Shown: positions 24,249 through 36,847 of the stretch, piece by piece
Layout of the letters: every line of letters starts with the position of its first letter
Position numbering within the stretch: the stretch's first letter is position 1
DNA from: Blasia pusilla
Lineage: Eukaryota
NCBI GenBank assembly: GCA_050084515.1
Contig: CM114271.1
Location: forward strand, 4,092,001 to 4,156,000
Length of the DNA: 64,000 nt
Reading direction: 5' to 3'
Program-made: the position numbers and the translations under genes
The notes under the pieces: model-generated
Database searches by the model: none
Told to the model about the DNA's origin: nothing
The model's input: only the letters and a program-made list of their open reading frames with translations

Positions 24249-27200
24249 ATGGAGTATTCCTCAGCAGCAATCACAAACGAGAAGCTAGATAAGCACAATT
24301 ACAATGTTTGGAAGTTTCGCATGAAACAATTTCTCATAGGTCAAGAACTATGGAAGCTTGTCACAGATGATGAGGCCAAGCCAGAAGGTGACTCAACAGA
24401 CTTGAATATTTGCACTTGGAACAAATGCGCAAGGCAAATAATCCACTACATTTTAATAACGATCAGTTCGCCAATGATAGGTCACATTCAAGATGTTGAT
24501 ATCCAAAGGAGGCCCAAGATGCATTAGAAAATATGTTCCAGATATCTACAAAGGTCAGGAAGCTTCAATTAAAATAACAATTGAACGAAGTGAGGAAAGG
24601 ATCGCATAGCATCAATGATTATATTTGGAGTATCAAACATATTGTTGATTAGTTGAATAACATTGGAGTGACAGTAGAAGACGATGATCTGATTTTGTTC
24701 ATTCTTCAAGGCCTTCCAAAGGATTACAAGTCCTTTGAGACCTCTATCTCTGTGAGAAAGAAGTATCCAACCTTTCAGAGTTAGTCCCACTGTTAATGAG
24801 TGAAGAGATACGCCTAATACGCAGCGGTAAATCGTCTAGTCTGCAAGAGACTGCGCTATTTGGAGGTTATGGATCAAACAGAGGTAGGGGTCGTGGCAGA
24901 AGCTTCTGTGGTCGTGGTGGATATCAAGCATATGGAGGAAGAGACACTCAATATAATATCACTCAATAAACTACGAACCAGTACCAAACACAATCACAAG
25001 ATCGTGATGGTGGAAACCGTTGGGGTCGAGGTCAGGAGCATAGGGTCTATGGATCTTGCAATTACTGTGGGATAAAGGATCACTATGCAAAGTTTTGCTT
25101 CAAAGAAGAAGGCAGATACGAGAACAAGAGCCTTACAACAACAAAACTATGTGGAGCAACAACACCAAGAGCAGTACCAAGAACAACAACATTTACAAAC
25201 GGAGCATCTCTTGGTCATGACTCATCTTATGGGAGCAATAATCAAGAAAGACTCGACAGCAGATTGGTATATTGACTCTAGTACATCAAATCACATGACT
25301 TCACAAGCTAAATGGTTTAGTAGTTCGGAGTCGGTGAAAGATTATGCAATTTTGCTCACAGGAGATATGAGAATAAGAGCCTTACAACAACAAAACTATG
25401 TGGAGCAACAACACCAAGAGAAATACCAAGAACAACAATATTTACAAATGGAGCATCTCTTGGTCATGACTTATCACATGGGAGCAATGGTCAAGAAAGA
25501 TTCGATAGCAGATTGGTGCATTGACTCTAGTACATCAAATCACATGACTTCACAAGCTAAATGGTTCAGTAGTTGGGAGCTGGTGAAAGATTCTATAATT
25601 GTGCTCACAGGAGATGATACTCAACATCATATCACACATATCCATAAAGTCCCAATAGCATTAGATGGTCTTTTTGCTCTTGGAAATGTTCTCTATGTTT
25701 CTACTATTGCAGGAGACCTGATCTCTATAGGACAGATAGTAGAATAGGGTTATCAACTGAAGTTGAACGTATATGGCTATTTCATTGAAATAATGGGTGA
25801 CCAGACTACGATAGCCAAAAGAACTATATGTGGCAGAATGCTCAAATTAGATGTTTCTATGCTAGAGATTCAAACAACAATGTATGGTCAAAGCAGCCAA
25901 CAAATCATAGATCTAAATGTGTGGCATAAAGAATTGGACATATGAATCTTCAAAGATTATAGAGTCTTTCATAATCTAATATAGTAATAGGATTCCCTAA
26001 ATTAGCGAGTCTTGCTAAGTTAGAGGTATGTCCTGCTTGCCAATTTGGAAAACAAGTTAGATTTTCTTTTCCAAAGCAAGATATAAGAGCATACAAGATA
26101 TTGGAATTGATCCACAATGATGTGTGGACAACATCACAACATAGCCTTAGTGGTTGCCAGTACTTTGTTTCATTGATTGATGACTTCTCTAATTATATAT
26201 GGGTATACTTTCTGAAAGCCAAGTCATAAGTATTCTTAGTGTTCCAAACATTCAGAGTTCTAGTAGAGAAGCAAACTAGAGATCACATTCTGAAATTGCG
26301 TTGTAATGGAGGAGGAGAGTACCTTTCAACAGAGTTTGATGACTATTTACGTCATAATGGCATCCAACATCAAGTGACTTTCCGTTATACTCCACAACAA
26401 AATGGAGTAGCTGAGAGGAAGAATTGACATATTGCTGAAGCGGCACGAGCTATACTGAATGAGAAGAACTTGCCTAAGGTGTATTGGGAGAGGCTGTAGC
26501 ATTATGACTATTTACGTCATAATGGCATCCAACATTAAGTGACTTGCCGTTATACTCCACAACAAAATGGAGTAGATGAGAGGAAGAATTGACATATTGC
26601 TGAAGCGGCACGAACTATACTGAATGAGAAGAACATGCCTAAGATGTATTGGGAGAGGCTGTAACATGTGCAGTCTTCTTAATCAACCAAACTCCAACAA
26701 TAGAAGTTCATGATAAAACTCCATTCAAAGTCTTCACAGGAAGCAAACCTGATTTTTCCTTCTTGAAAATATTTGGCTTTATTTTTATGCTCATGTTCCT
26801 TCTAAGAGACGTCAGAAATTAGACCCCAAGTATGAAAGATTTATCTTCATTGGCTATGCTGATGGAACTAAGAGGTATAAGTGCTACATTCCATCCTCTA
26901 GGCAGCTTATTATTAGTCGCGATCTTGTCTTTGATGAGCTAAAGTCATGGTATGCTCCATTTGAGCCTATTTCACCTCTAAACTCGTCTGTTGAGGGGGA
27001 GAATATGACTGTAAACCAACAAATATTGTCTTCAACTTCCCCAAGTACTAGTGCAGGATTAGGAGAGGTCTTAGATTCATCAATTAAATATGTGAGTCCA
27101 TGTACGGGAAGAGTATGTATTCAGTCTGTTGACACTAGTTAGAGTGAAGTGTCAAAGACATCTAATTTTGAAAAAAATTCGTAGATCAAGTAAAGTTACA

Positions 27201-28813
27201 CATCCAGTTCATAGATTCATAAATGAAGGTTTCCTTGCGACACATCATGCATAAATTATGACTACCCTTGAAGAACAGGATCCGAGTTGTTTTGAAGAAG
27301 TTGCAAGTAAAGTCAAATGGATTGAAGCTATGGAGGAAGAGCTTGCTGCATTAAGACATCAACAAACATGAGAGCTGGTTGATATACCTTTCGGCAAGGA
27401 AGTTATTGGTTGCAAATAGGTTTACAAAATCAAGCGCAATGAAGATGGTACAATTAACTAATACGAAGCGAGATTGGTGGCTAAGGACTATGCACAACAA
27501 TACGATATAAATTATGAGGAAACATTTAGCCATGTTGCAAAAATGGCTAAATGAGAACATTGGTTGCAATTGTAGTAAGTAAGAAGTGGAGATTACATCA
27601 CATGGACGTCAAGAATGCCTTCTTGAATGGAGATCTATACGAGGAGGTATATATGACTCAACCAACTGGATACGAGCATCCCAAGTTTCCATTTCGCGTA
27701 TGCAGGTTGAAGAAAGCTCTATACGGGCTCAAATAAGCTCCAAGAGCTTGGTATGGCAAGATTACATACGTCCTACAAGAGTTGGGTTTTAGGGTATGTG
27801 ATTCTGACTCCTTATTATATGTCTTGAGAGGACAAGATCATACGGTTCTCATTGTATTGTATGTTGACGATCTCCTAATTATTGGGAGTATTGAAGAAAT
27901 GGTACAACAAGTCAAGCTTAAGTTACAAGAAAAATTTGATATGAAGGACTTGGGAGAACTCAAGTACTTCCTTGGTATTGAGTTTATCAAGGTTGGAGAG
28001 AGCATGTGGTTACTACAATTACAATATGCTCTTCATATGATTTCAAAATATGGTATGACGGCTTGTAAGCCAATCTCTACACCGTTGGACCAAAGTGTGA
28101 AGCTAAGAGTGGATGAAGGAGAGTTGCTTGCAGATTCTAATATATACTGGCGCATGGTTGGATGTTTGATCTATCTAACTATAACCAGACTAGATTTGAG
28201 CTATGTTGTTGGCCTAGTGAGCTAGTTTATGCAAGCACCTTGAAAACCTCACCTTGATGATGTGAGGAGGATTATGCCGTATGTGAAATTCTCTATTCAA
28301 TTCGAGCTTCAATTTAAGCCTTCTCCAAGTTTTCAATTACAAGGATTCACAGATGCTGATTGGCCAAGAAGCGTGTCTGATCGACACTCCACATCTGGTT
28401 ATTCATTTACTTTGGGAAGGGTAGTTATAAGTTGGGCTTCAAAGAAGCAACCTATAGTTGCTTTATCTTCAACAAAGGCTGAGTACAGAGGAGCAACAAA
28501 TGCAACATGGGAGGCGGTATGGCTTTATCGATTACTTGTTGAGATTGATGTTAGTAACTTAAGACCTAGTGTAATATATCCAGACAATATTAGTAGCATC
28601 CAACTTGCTAATAACCATGTGTTTCATGCTCGTAGAAAGGATGTTGAGGTGCACTATCATTTTATCAGAGAGAAGGGCTTGCAGGAGAAATTGATCTTGT
28701 GTATATAGGTACAGATCAACAAACTGCTGACATCCTTACAAAGGCATTATCCAGAGATAAGTTTGAGATGTTTAGAAATAATTTAGGCGCTAGAGATATC
28801 GATATGAGCTTGA
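24249..28813 (+). pseudogene. copia gag-pol pseudogene
   Basis: gag KLDKHNYNVWKFRMK; protease WYIDSSTSNHMT; integrase YTPQQNGVAERKN; RT HHMDVKNAFLNG and LYVDDLLI; RNase H FTDADW...ALSSTKAEY. Many stops and frameshifts. Confidence 0.95.
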
Positions 28814-28820
28814 GGGAGAG

Positions 28821-29132
28821 TATTGAAGATTGAGTTACACACAAGCTCATGAGACATCTGAACTACTACATTTGGTACTCACATGAACTAGGGAAGCTTA
28901 ATCTTGGTTAGTCAATTAAACCCGATTATTTTAACTAGGGTTAGTTAATCACAATTAGTCTAACTCGAGACTATGGTTAAGGTTAGGGTTAGGGTTGCTT
29001 GTACATACCCTATATAATTGAGAAGGGGATCAGCCTCCATTCATTCTCTCATTGCAAATTTTGTTCTCCATGGTGGTGTGTGAGTGTGAGAGCCGTTTTC
29101 CATCAGTTATGCTTCTTTAGCAGTTTTCCACA
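28821..29132 (+). repeat. 3' LTR (312 bp)
   Basis: TATTGAAG...TTTTCCACA follows the PPT. It contains a TATA-like CCCTATATAA at about 29008. Confidence 0.93.
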
Positions 29133-31595
29133 AGTAGAAGCGGACACGGCTTACTTCACACTTCAGCCGTCTTGAGAGCTAGGACCCCTTAACTCGGCCA
29201 AAGCTAATGCAGAAAAGCTATTGCTGATATCGGGACTGCAAGCTATTGATGGAAAAATTGAGATAAATAGGGCAGCCATCTCCTTCCTCCACCCCCCCTC
29301 CCTAGAGTGCAGAGTGTACACTACACAGCGTGAATCAATGGAATTTTGAGCAGACCCCTAAACGAGATCGAATCATGAATGGACAAAATCAAGACAGAAA
29401 TTGGATTGAAACGCAAAATTATCCTTCCGCCCCTAAGAGTTCAACTCCAAGTGCCAATGGCATCGAGCGCAGGGTGCCCATGGCCTCGAGCTCCCATGGC
29501 GTCGATCGCAGAGCGCCGATGGCGTCGAGCGCCCATGAGTGGCGCGCTCGTAAGTAAGGTGCGCGTGAGTGCCAAGCGCGAGCCCGGGGGTAGGAGCGCG
29601 TGGGCAAAAAATGGCATGAGAGCGAAAAACACGGGGGCAGCGCAAGACAAACGCGAAGGAATAGCGCGAGAACGGAGACGAGAAATGGGCCCCGAGATGT
29701 TGCGTGACTTGGGGTAGGGGGGAGGCAGGGAGGGAACAAACTTTGCCATGGCCGTCCGATTCAAAATCAAACGACCCGCAGCAGATAAAACATAGGCCGT
29801 CTGATCTACTGAACTACTGGTCCTCGATGTCGGGACCGTTAGATCGGACTCATTTTATGGCCGTTAGATTTAAGATCTAACGGCGGGCGTCGTAGTATCG
29901 TTGGATCAGATTGTGTTAACTAGACGGCACAATCTCCAAAGGCGGCGGCGGCGGCGACGGGTTGGGTTGCGGAATAACTTAAGTTTAGGCTAGGTTTGGG
30001 CAACCAAACCTAGCCAATTTTTTTTTGTTAAATAGCTTTCTATTTTTTCTTTTTTCTTCTTCCATTTAAATTTTCCCATTTAAATTCCATTTTGTTCTTC
30101 TTCTAATTCTTTAAAAAAGATATTAATTTCTCTTTCTCTTAAATTTTTTTCCTCTAAACTATACCTCTTAAAATTTTCATTCTCTTTTTTTTTTTTGCAC
30201 TTTAATTGTTTTTCCTTCTCTCATTTTTTCCTCATTAATTCCCATTTAATTTCCTTCATTGTCCTTTTTTTTTCTTCTTATAAATTTTTTTTCAAAATAT
30301 TTTTATTTTTCTTTCTCTCTCTCTTTCTCTGAAAAAACATTTCCTTTTAAACTCTTACTCTAAACTTTCTTATTTTCATTCTCTTGCTGTTTTAAATAAG
30401 TAGTTTTGTGGAGTGTAATGCAGATGGCAAGTGGAGGTGGATTATTATTGGCCGCGGGGAGACGGCCATTAGGAGTTCTTACAAATATACCGATTCCGCA
30501 ACGAAATTCAGGGAGAAAAATCAAACAATTGAAGAACACCACTCCGATGTAAGCAACTTTCTTTGGGAGAACAAGGGAAGCAACGTATTTCCATTTCCAC
30601 GATGATGCCTTACATCCCCATATTTGGTATGCACATATTATAATTATCTAATCTTGGAATTGTTGCACATACTTCCTTATCGTGCGCATACACGTGGCTA
30701 CACAACATACATGGCTGGTCACATCCATACCACACAACACCAATCTTCCCCACACACGGGTAGATCCACACATGTACAGAAATCAACTCATACATATATA
30801 TATATAGATCGCACAACAAAAATAAATAGTAGTAAAAACGGCACACCCGGCCTAAAACTCCACTCCTCAATCTACATCCGCATATCGAGCCTCGTCCACC
30901 CTGTGCTATCAAGGAATCCATACGCTAGCATCTAGTTCTAACTCACACACAGGAGCAAGTATGATACTCCAACGGCCCAACATGAGAAAGATGGCTTGGG
31001 GAAGCCATCTTCCTCCCTTATATAGGTTTGGGAAAAACCAAAAGACTCTTCCCCTAAAAATAGCTATCCTCTTGGTAACTCGCGCGACACAGTTACAGGG
31101 GCAAGTGACCTGCTCAACAAGTCATCCGTTGTGAAAGACCTCAACAGGAAAGTTATCAAAAATAACGTTCGTGACATAACGGACCTATCCTCAACCTCAT
31201 CCGACACCGCGGAACAAAGTTACACTCATGAAAATCCGCTGGCTCATATGCCCTATCCACGATAGATCTCAGCCTATCGGCAACTCAGATGTGACATCCT
31301 GTTCTTTAAAATCCAATAGATTTCTGTGACTTCCAAAAATTGATGCTTGTGAATGCACAACAAAAAAGGAAATACTAGCACAAAAAACACATGCTGAAGA
31401 ATAATTCCTTCCCAAAACATCTCGAACGTAATTTCACAACATTGATATTCATTTAGCATGTCCACATTTCCACCTTAAATAATTTCCACTTTTAATTTAA
31501 TTCTATGCATTGCTCTTAACATTTTTGTATTGTTTCATACTTCCCATTCTATTGAATCTGCCGATATACGTGATTTTTGGAAGGTTCTAAGCAAA

Positions 31596-34500
31596 ATGAG
31601 GCCCAAAATGAAAACGTGCTTTACTGATAAAATTGAAGCTCTCAAACAAAAAAAGAGGACTTATTATCGAGAGTATAGAAAAAGAAGGAAAGCAAATCAT
31701 GTTCAAGTCAAGCCCGCTTTGGTAGTTGAGAGTATTGCAACTATTCCAAATGAGGAGGTTTCGACAATCGATCCAAAAGGTGTATATATATCTTTTTTTT
31801 TAATATTTCCACTCTAAATATTTCATTCTTCAAAACCCTTAATTTTTATCTTATCCATCCTTTATAATATGTTAATGTTGATATTTTCACAGGCTTGCCA
31901 ACGAGGGTGGGGATATGGTGGGAGAAAGTCAAGAAGTCCATCTTCCATCACCAACAGTTCAGTTGGTTGACAATACATCCTATGAAGTTATCAAGAATAT
32001 ATCCACAATTGGGCCAACTACTTTTGTAATACCACGAGTTGAGTTACCTACCACTCTTCCTATTTTGGTTCAACATGAAATCATCGAGAATTCTTCGACT
32101 CTTTCCCAACTCGGGGATGAACTAAGGTTAAGAGTAGATCCCGTATTGTCTAATGGAGTTTCATTATCTCCACAAAGTGCCACTATACCAAATGCTTCTA
32201 CAATTCCTCCCTTATCTACTATTAATAGGGTTGTAAGATTAAATACATTAATCAATCTTGCAAGGAGTCCAAATTTCCAAGAAAGTGATGTTAGGAAGTT
32301 GCGATTACAAAGGAGTTTGAATCTTACCAATGGCCGTCATAGGGGGGTATCCCTAATTTGCTCAACTCTACATCCATGATATTACAAATGAAATGGAGAA
32401 TCGTGGTAGATGTATATCTAGATCCTTTGATCTTAATTTAGATATTTTGAAAGGTCTACAAGACATGTTACATGAATGCAATCCATATGTGAAGATCTTT
32501 TGTCATATGACACATGAAGCAAGGGACCTTAATATGCGGATCATCCTCAAGGCAAGTAAGAGAGGTCTTGATGCAAAGCGTTATAACTTATCAGTTGCTT
32601 TTGAAATTGCTGTTGTTTTTCCGGAGGATGGAAGTGAACATGTCGACCATCATGATATAATTGTATGACTAGGAGGGGGAATGAGGCGTATATTTGACCT
32701 CAATGAAGCGTATATCCCATTACACTTTGTTTTATTATTTATCTATGGTGAAGCAGGTTGGCATCCTAGAATACACTTTGGGAGAATCAAAGGCTATAGA
32801 GAATCCCAACGACCAGGCCATATTATGCACGAGGAGGAGGGATTGGAGAATTGGATGGATGAGGAAAGAGTTGATGGAGATATTGTTGAGGAAATAAGAA
32901 TAAAAAGTGTTACGGCCTTGCAATTTGCATGTTTTTGACTTCAAACACGGATTGGAGGAGAAGATAAAAATTGCTTATTGAGGTTTGGTTGACTTACTCA
33001 AGAATATATGGTTGATCTCTATGCCACTGTAGAGATGCAATGACTATCATGGGTTTGCTTAAATCAAAAGGATTTGATGGCTGAATTATATCAAGGATAA
33101 GGGATGCAATACATCGACATGATGTTGATCGAAGGTTTGGGAGATGCATTATATTACCTTATTCTTTTATTCAATGGCCACGTCATATGCATCAATTATA
33201 TCAAGATTCTATGGAAATTGTAAGACATTTGGGAAAGCCATACTACTTTTTGACCATAACATGCAATCCAAAGTGGGAGGAGATTACATGCGCCTTATTT
33301 CCTGGCCAAACTGATGCAGACTAACCTGATTTGGTCGCGGGTTTTTGAGAAGAAAAACAAGGAGTTGTTACAACTTATTGTCAAGAAGTAGATATTGGGT
33401 CGAGTTGTAGGATGTATCCATATGGTGGAATTCCAAAAAAGAGGTTTGTCACATGTGCATGTACTTATTATCTTAGGTGGTGAGGATAAACCACATACCA
33501 CTTCTAATTATGATTGTATTATTTCAGCTGAAATCCCTGATCAATCTATCCATCCAAGGTTGTATGCTACGGTTGCTAATTGCATGGTTCATGGGCCATG
33601 TGGACTATTAAATCAAAATGCCCCATGTATGGATAAGGAAACAAAAAAGTGTACAAAAGGCCATCCTAAAGCTTTTGCGGCAAGCACTGTAGAGACAGAA
33701 GATGGCTATCCAATATATCGCAGGTAAGGATCCTTTTATGTTGGCTTATCAATCATATGGCAATAAATGGGATTTATTGTATTTTTGCAGATTGGAGAAT
33801 GGGAGGGCGATTATTAAGTCTAAACATTCACTCGATAATCATTGGGTTGTGCCCTATTATCCTGTGTTGTGCACCCTCTTCGATTGTCACATTAATTTGG
33901 AAATCACAAGTAGTGTTTCCGCCCTCAAGTACTTATACAAATATGTTTATAAGGGATATGATGAAGTGTCCTTTAAGTTTTCAAAGGATATGGATATATC
34001 CAACGCAATTGACGTTATTGACGAGACAAGATCATATCTTGATGCGATATATGATTCTTCTAATTGATGCAATCTTCTTATATTTTATTTATGAACTTCA
34101 TTTCATTCTCCATCTCTAATACTTGAAATACTTATTTTTCCCCGTATATATCTTCTTCTGAAGCATGTTGGCGTCTCTTCAAGTTTAGTCTACATGCAGA
34201 ACTTCCAAGTATTGTGCGATTAGCTGTTCATCTTCCGGAGCAACAATTAGTGTACTTCAATGTTGTTGACGCTCCTCAAGATATTTTGCAACTAAAAAGG
34301 GAGACATTTTGACCAAATGGTTTGCAACCAAACTAATTGACTCTAGTACACGACAATATCTATACATAGATTTTCCGACTTATTATCATTGGAGTAACAA
34401 AACATGGATTCGTAGGGTACAAAATATAAATGGCTCTGGTCATCCCATTGGCCGCTTATACCTTACTCATCCAAGTAAATACTCAAACCTTATTTGTAGA

Positions 34501-36847
34501 TATTTTTTCTTCTTTACCATTCTCTAAAGCAATGTATTTATATTGGGATGAGCTAAACTATTTTACTTCTTTATAGGTGAAGGAAAACGTCATTGGTTGA
34601 GATTACTCCTACATCATGTTCGAGGAGCAACTACATACGAATGCTTAAGAATTGTTTATGGGATATTATATCCAACATTCAAGGAGTCTGCTATCCAACT
34701 AGGACTTCTTGAGGATGATAGAGAAGGGTACGATACGTATAGGTTCTTCACTTTGTCGTTTATTTGCAATTATTCTAGCAAACAACACACCTGCTCAACC
34801 TACTACACTATAAAGTCAATTTCTGGCTCCATTGGTAGAAGATCTCTTATATGAACGACGTCAGGTAATAATTCAATATTAACACTTCTTACATTATTTC
34901 GTTTCTTCCTAATAGTATCTTGTGTTAATCATTCAGTATACTAACCATGATTTGAACCTTTTTTGGAACTCTTCCATCGCATAAAACATGAATTTGTAAT
35001 CTTCTTGTTGATGATGCCATCGTTAATATGGCATTGGTGGAAGTCTATTTTTATTTACAAGATCAAGGAAAGAGGCTATTTGACTTTCCGGACATGCCCC
35101 AAGCTATTTTCCAAAGCCTTCAGTTACAATCATATTTATAGGAACAAGAGCTATTATATGATACGTAATAATTATTTGCGCGAGTGCAATTGGGAGAAGA
35201 ATCTTTGAACGTATTATTTGGAATACTATACATGATGAGCTTGATCAAATAATAGCGAATGCTCCTCCATCTCCAAAAATTTCTTTCATCGATGGTCAAG
35301 GTGGAACAAGAAAAACATTTTTATATAATCTTCTCCTTGCAAGTGTAAGGAGTGCAAGAGGAAAAGCTTTGGTTGTAGTGTCATATGGAATAGCTGCTTT
35401 ATTGTTCAATCGAGGACGTACTACTCATTCGCGCTTCAAGATCCCCATCAATCTTCATGAGAGCTCTACTTGCAAGTAAGTGTCATAAGTGATTGCAAAT
35501 AGCTCCAATTAATAGGTTGATATGTAAATTTAATTACCAAAGTTTTACAACATCTAATTTACTCCCTTTTTGTTTGTAGTTTATTAGTCGATAGTGATGG
35601 AGCCCGCTTAATCCATGATACAATGCTCACTATATGGGATGAAGCCCCCATGGCTCATCGTCATGTATTTGAGGTCGTGAATCAAACTTTACAAGATATT
35701 ATGCGAGTTGTTTCGCATGATCTATGGCAAATATAATTTGGTGGAAAACTTATAATATTTGGTGGTGATTTTCGTCAAGTGTTGCCTGTTTTTCGTCATG
35801 GGGATCGGCCACAAATCATCCAAGCCACTATAAAGAGGTCATCTCTTTGATCTAATGTAAAGGTAACGAAGTTGACAACAAATATATGAGTTCAAAGGTT
35901 GAAAGGTCATTTGCGTAGTGAGCAACAAGGATTTGCTGATTGGTTATTGGAAGTGGGATAAACCCAAAGGGAAGTCAATACCGTCCCTTTGGGCATATCC
36001 CTTTTCCACAAGTCTTGCCTTGTATCTATCTCCACCACTCTCAAGATTTGATCTTTTGCAATTTTCCTTGCCGATTCCATGACATTGATTTCTTGAGAGA
36101 TACAACAAATTTGACTCTGCGAACTAGAGACGTGGATGATATTAATGCTAATGTTATGTCTCGATTTCTTGTGGAGGTAATCCTTCTAACATATATACAA
36201 ATTTTTTTCTTATGGGAGCTTTGTTTTTTGGGAACAAGGGTGGATAGTAATATAGTAGATCTTACCAATTCATCACATATTGTGTACATAAGCATATTTA
36301 CCTCAATGTCGACTCTATTCCGAATAAGGGGATGAGTCATATCTATCCAATTGATTTTTTGAACACATGCTTGCCTTCCGGACTTCCTCCTCATCGTTTG
36401 TGTTTGAGGATTGGTGTACCAATCATACTCTTATGAAACATGAATGGATCACATGGACAAGCAAACGACACAAGATTGGCAATTTGTGGATTCATGCAAC
36501 ATTGCATAGATGCTGAAATTATCTTTGGGAATAATATTGGAGATCGAGTCTTTATTCCACGTATACCATTGATTGCATTGGATTCTGGTTTGCCATTTGA
36601 TTGACATAGGTTTCAATTCCCTGTTCGTCCAACTTTTGCTATGACTATTAATAAGTCTTAAGGTCAAACGTTGCAAAAGGTTGACATTTACTTGCCAACT
36701 CATGTATTTTCTCATGGTCAATTGTATGTAGCATTATCTAGAGTAGGGAAGAGAAGTTCCATCCACGTTACCATTGAAAGTGATGAACATTCAAATAAGG
36801 AAGGTGACTACATACGAAATGTAGTGTATAAAGAAATACTCGGATGA
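31596..36847 (+). pseudogene. Helitron Rep/PIF1-helicase (RepHel) pseudogene with introns
   Basis: Rep motifs FLTITCNPKW, VEFQKRGLSHVHVL (HUH), MVHGPCG and YLYKYVYKG. Helicase motifs FIDGQGGTRKT, WDEAPM, GGDFRQVLPV, FAMTINKS*GQTL and FSHGQLYVALSRV. GT-AG introns at about 31780-31891, 33724-33790, 34474-34577 and 35476-35579. Stops and frameshifts are present. Confidence 0.95.

Larger units (their letters stand above)
23677..29132 (+). mobile_element. Ty1/copia LTR retrotransposon (inactive)
   Basis: TSD AGTAG at 23672-23676 and 29133-29137. PBS TGGTATCACAGC (tRNA-iMet-like) at 23759. PPT GAGGGAGAG at 28812-28820. Domain order is gag-PR-IN-RT-RH. Confidence 0.97.

Noticed and set aside
28975-28996. 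TTAGGG telomere-like repeats
   Set aside because: Only 2-3 units, inside the copia 3' LTR.
29988-30027. Hairpin with GCAA loop followed by a T-run, resembling a rho-independent terminator
   Set aside because: Eukaryotic TE context with no bacterial-type gene upstream; kept only as a hairpin.
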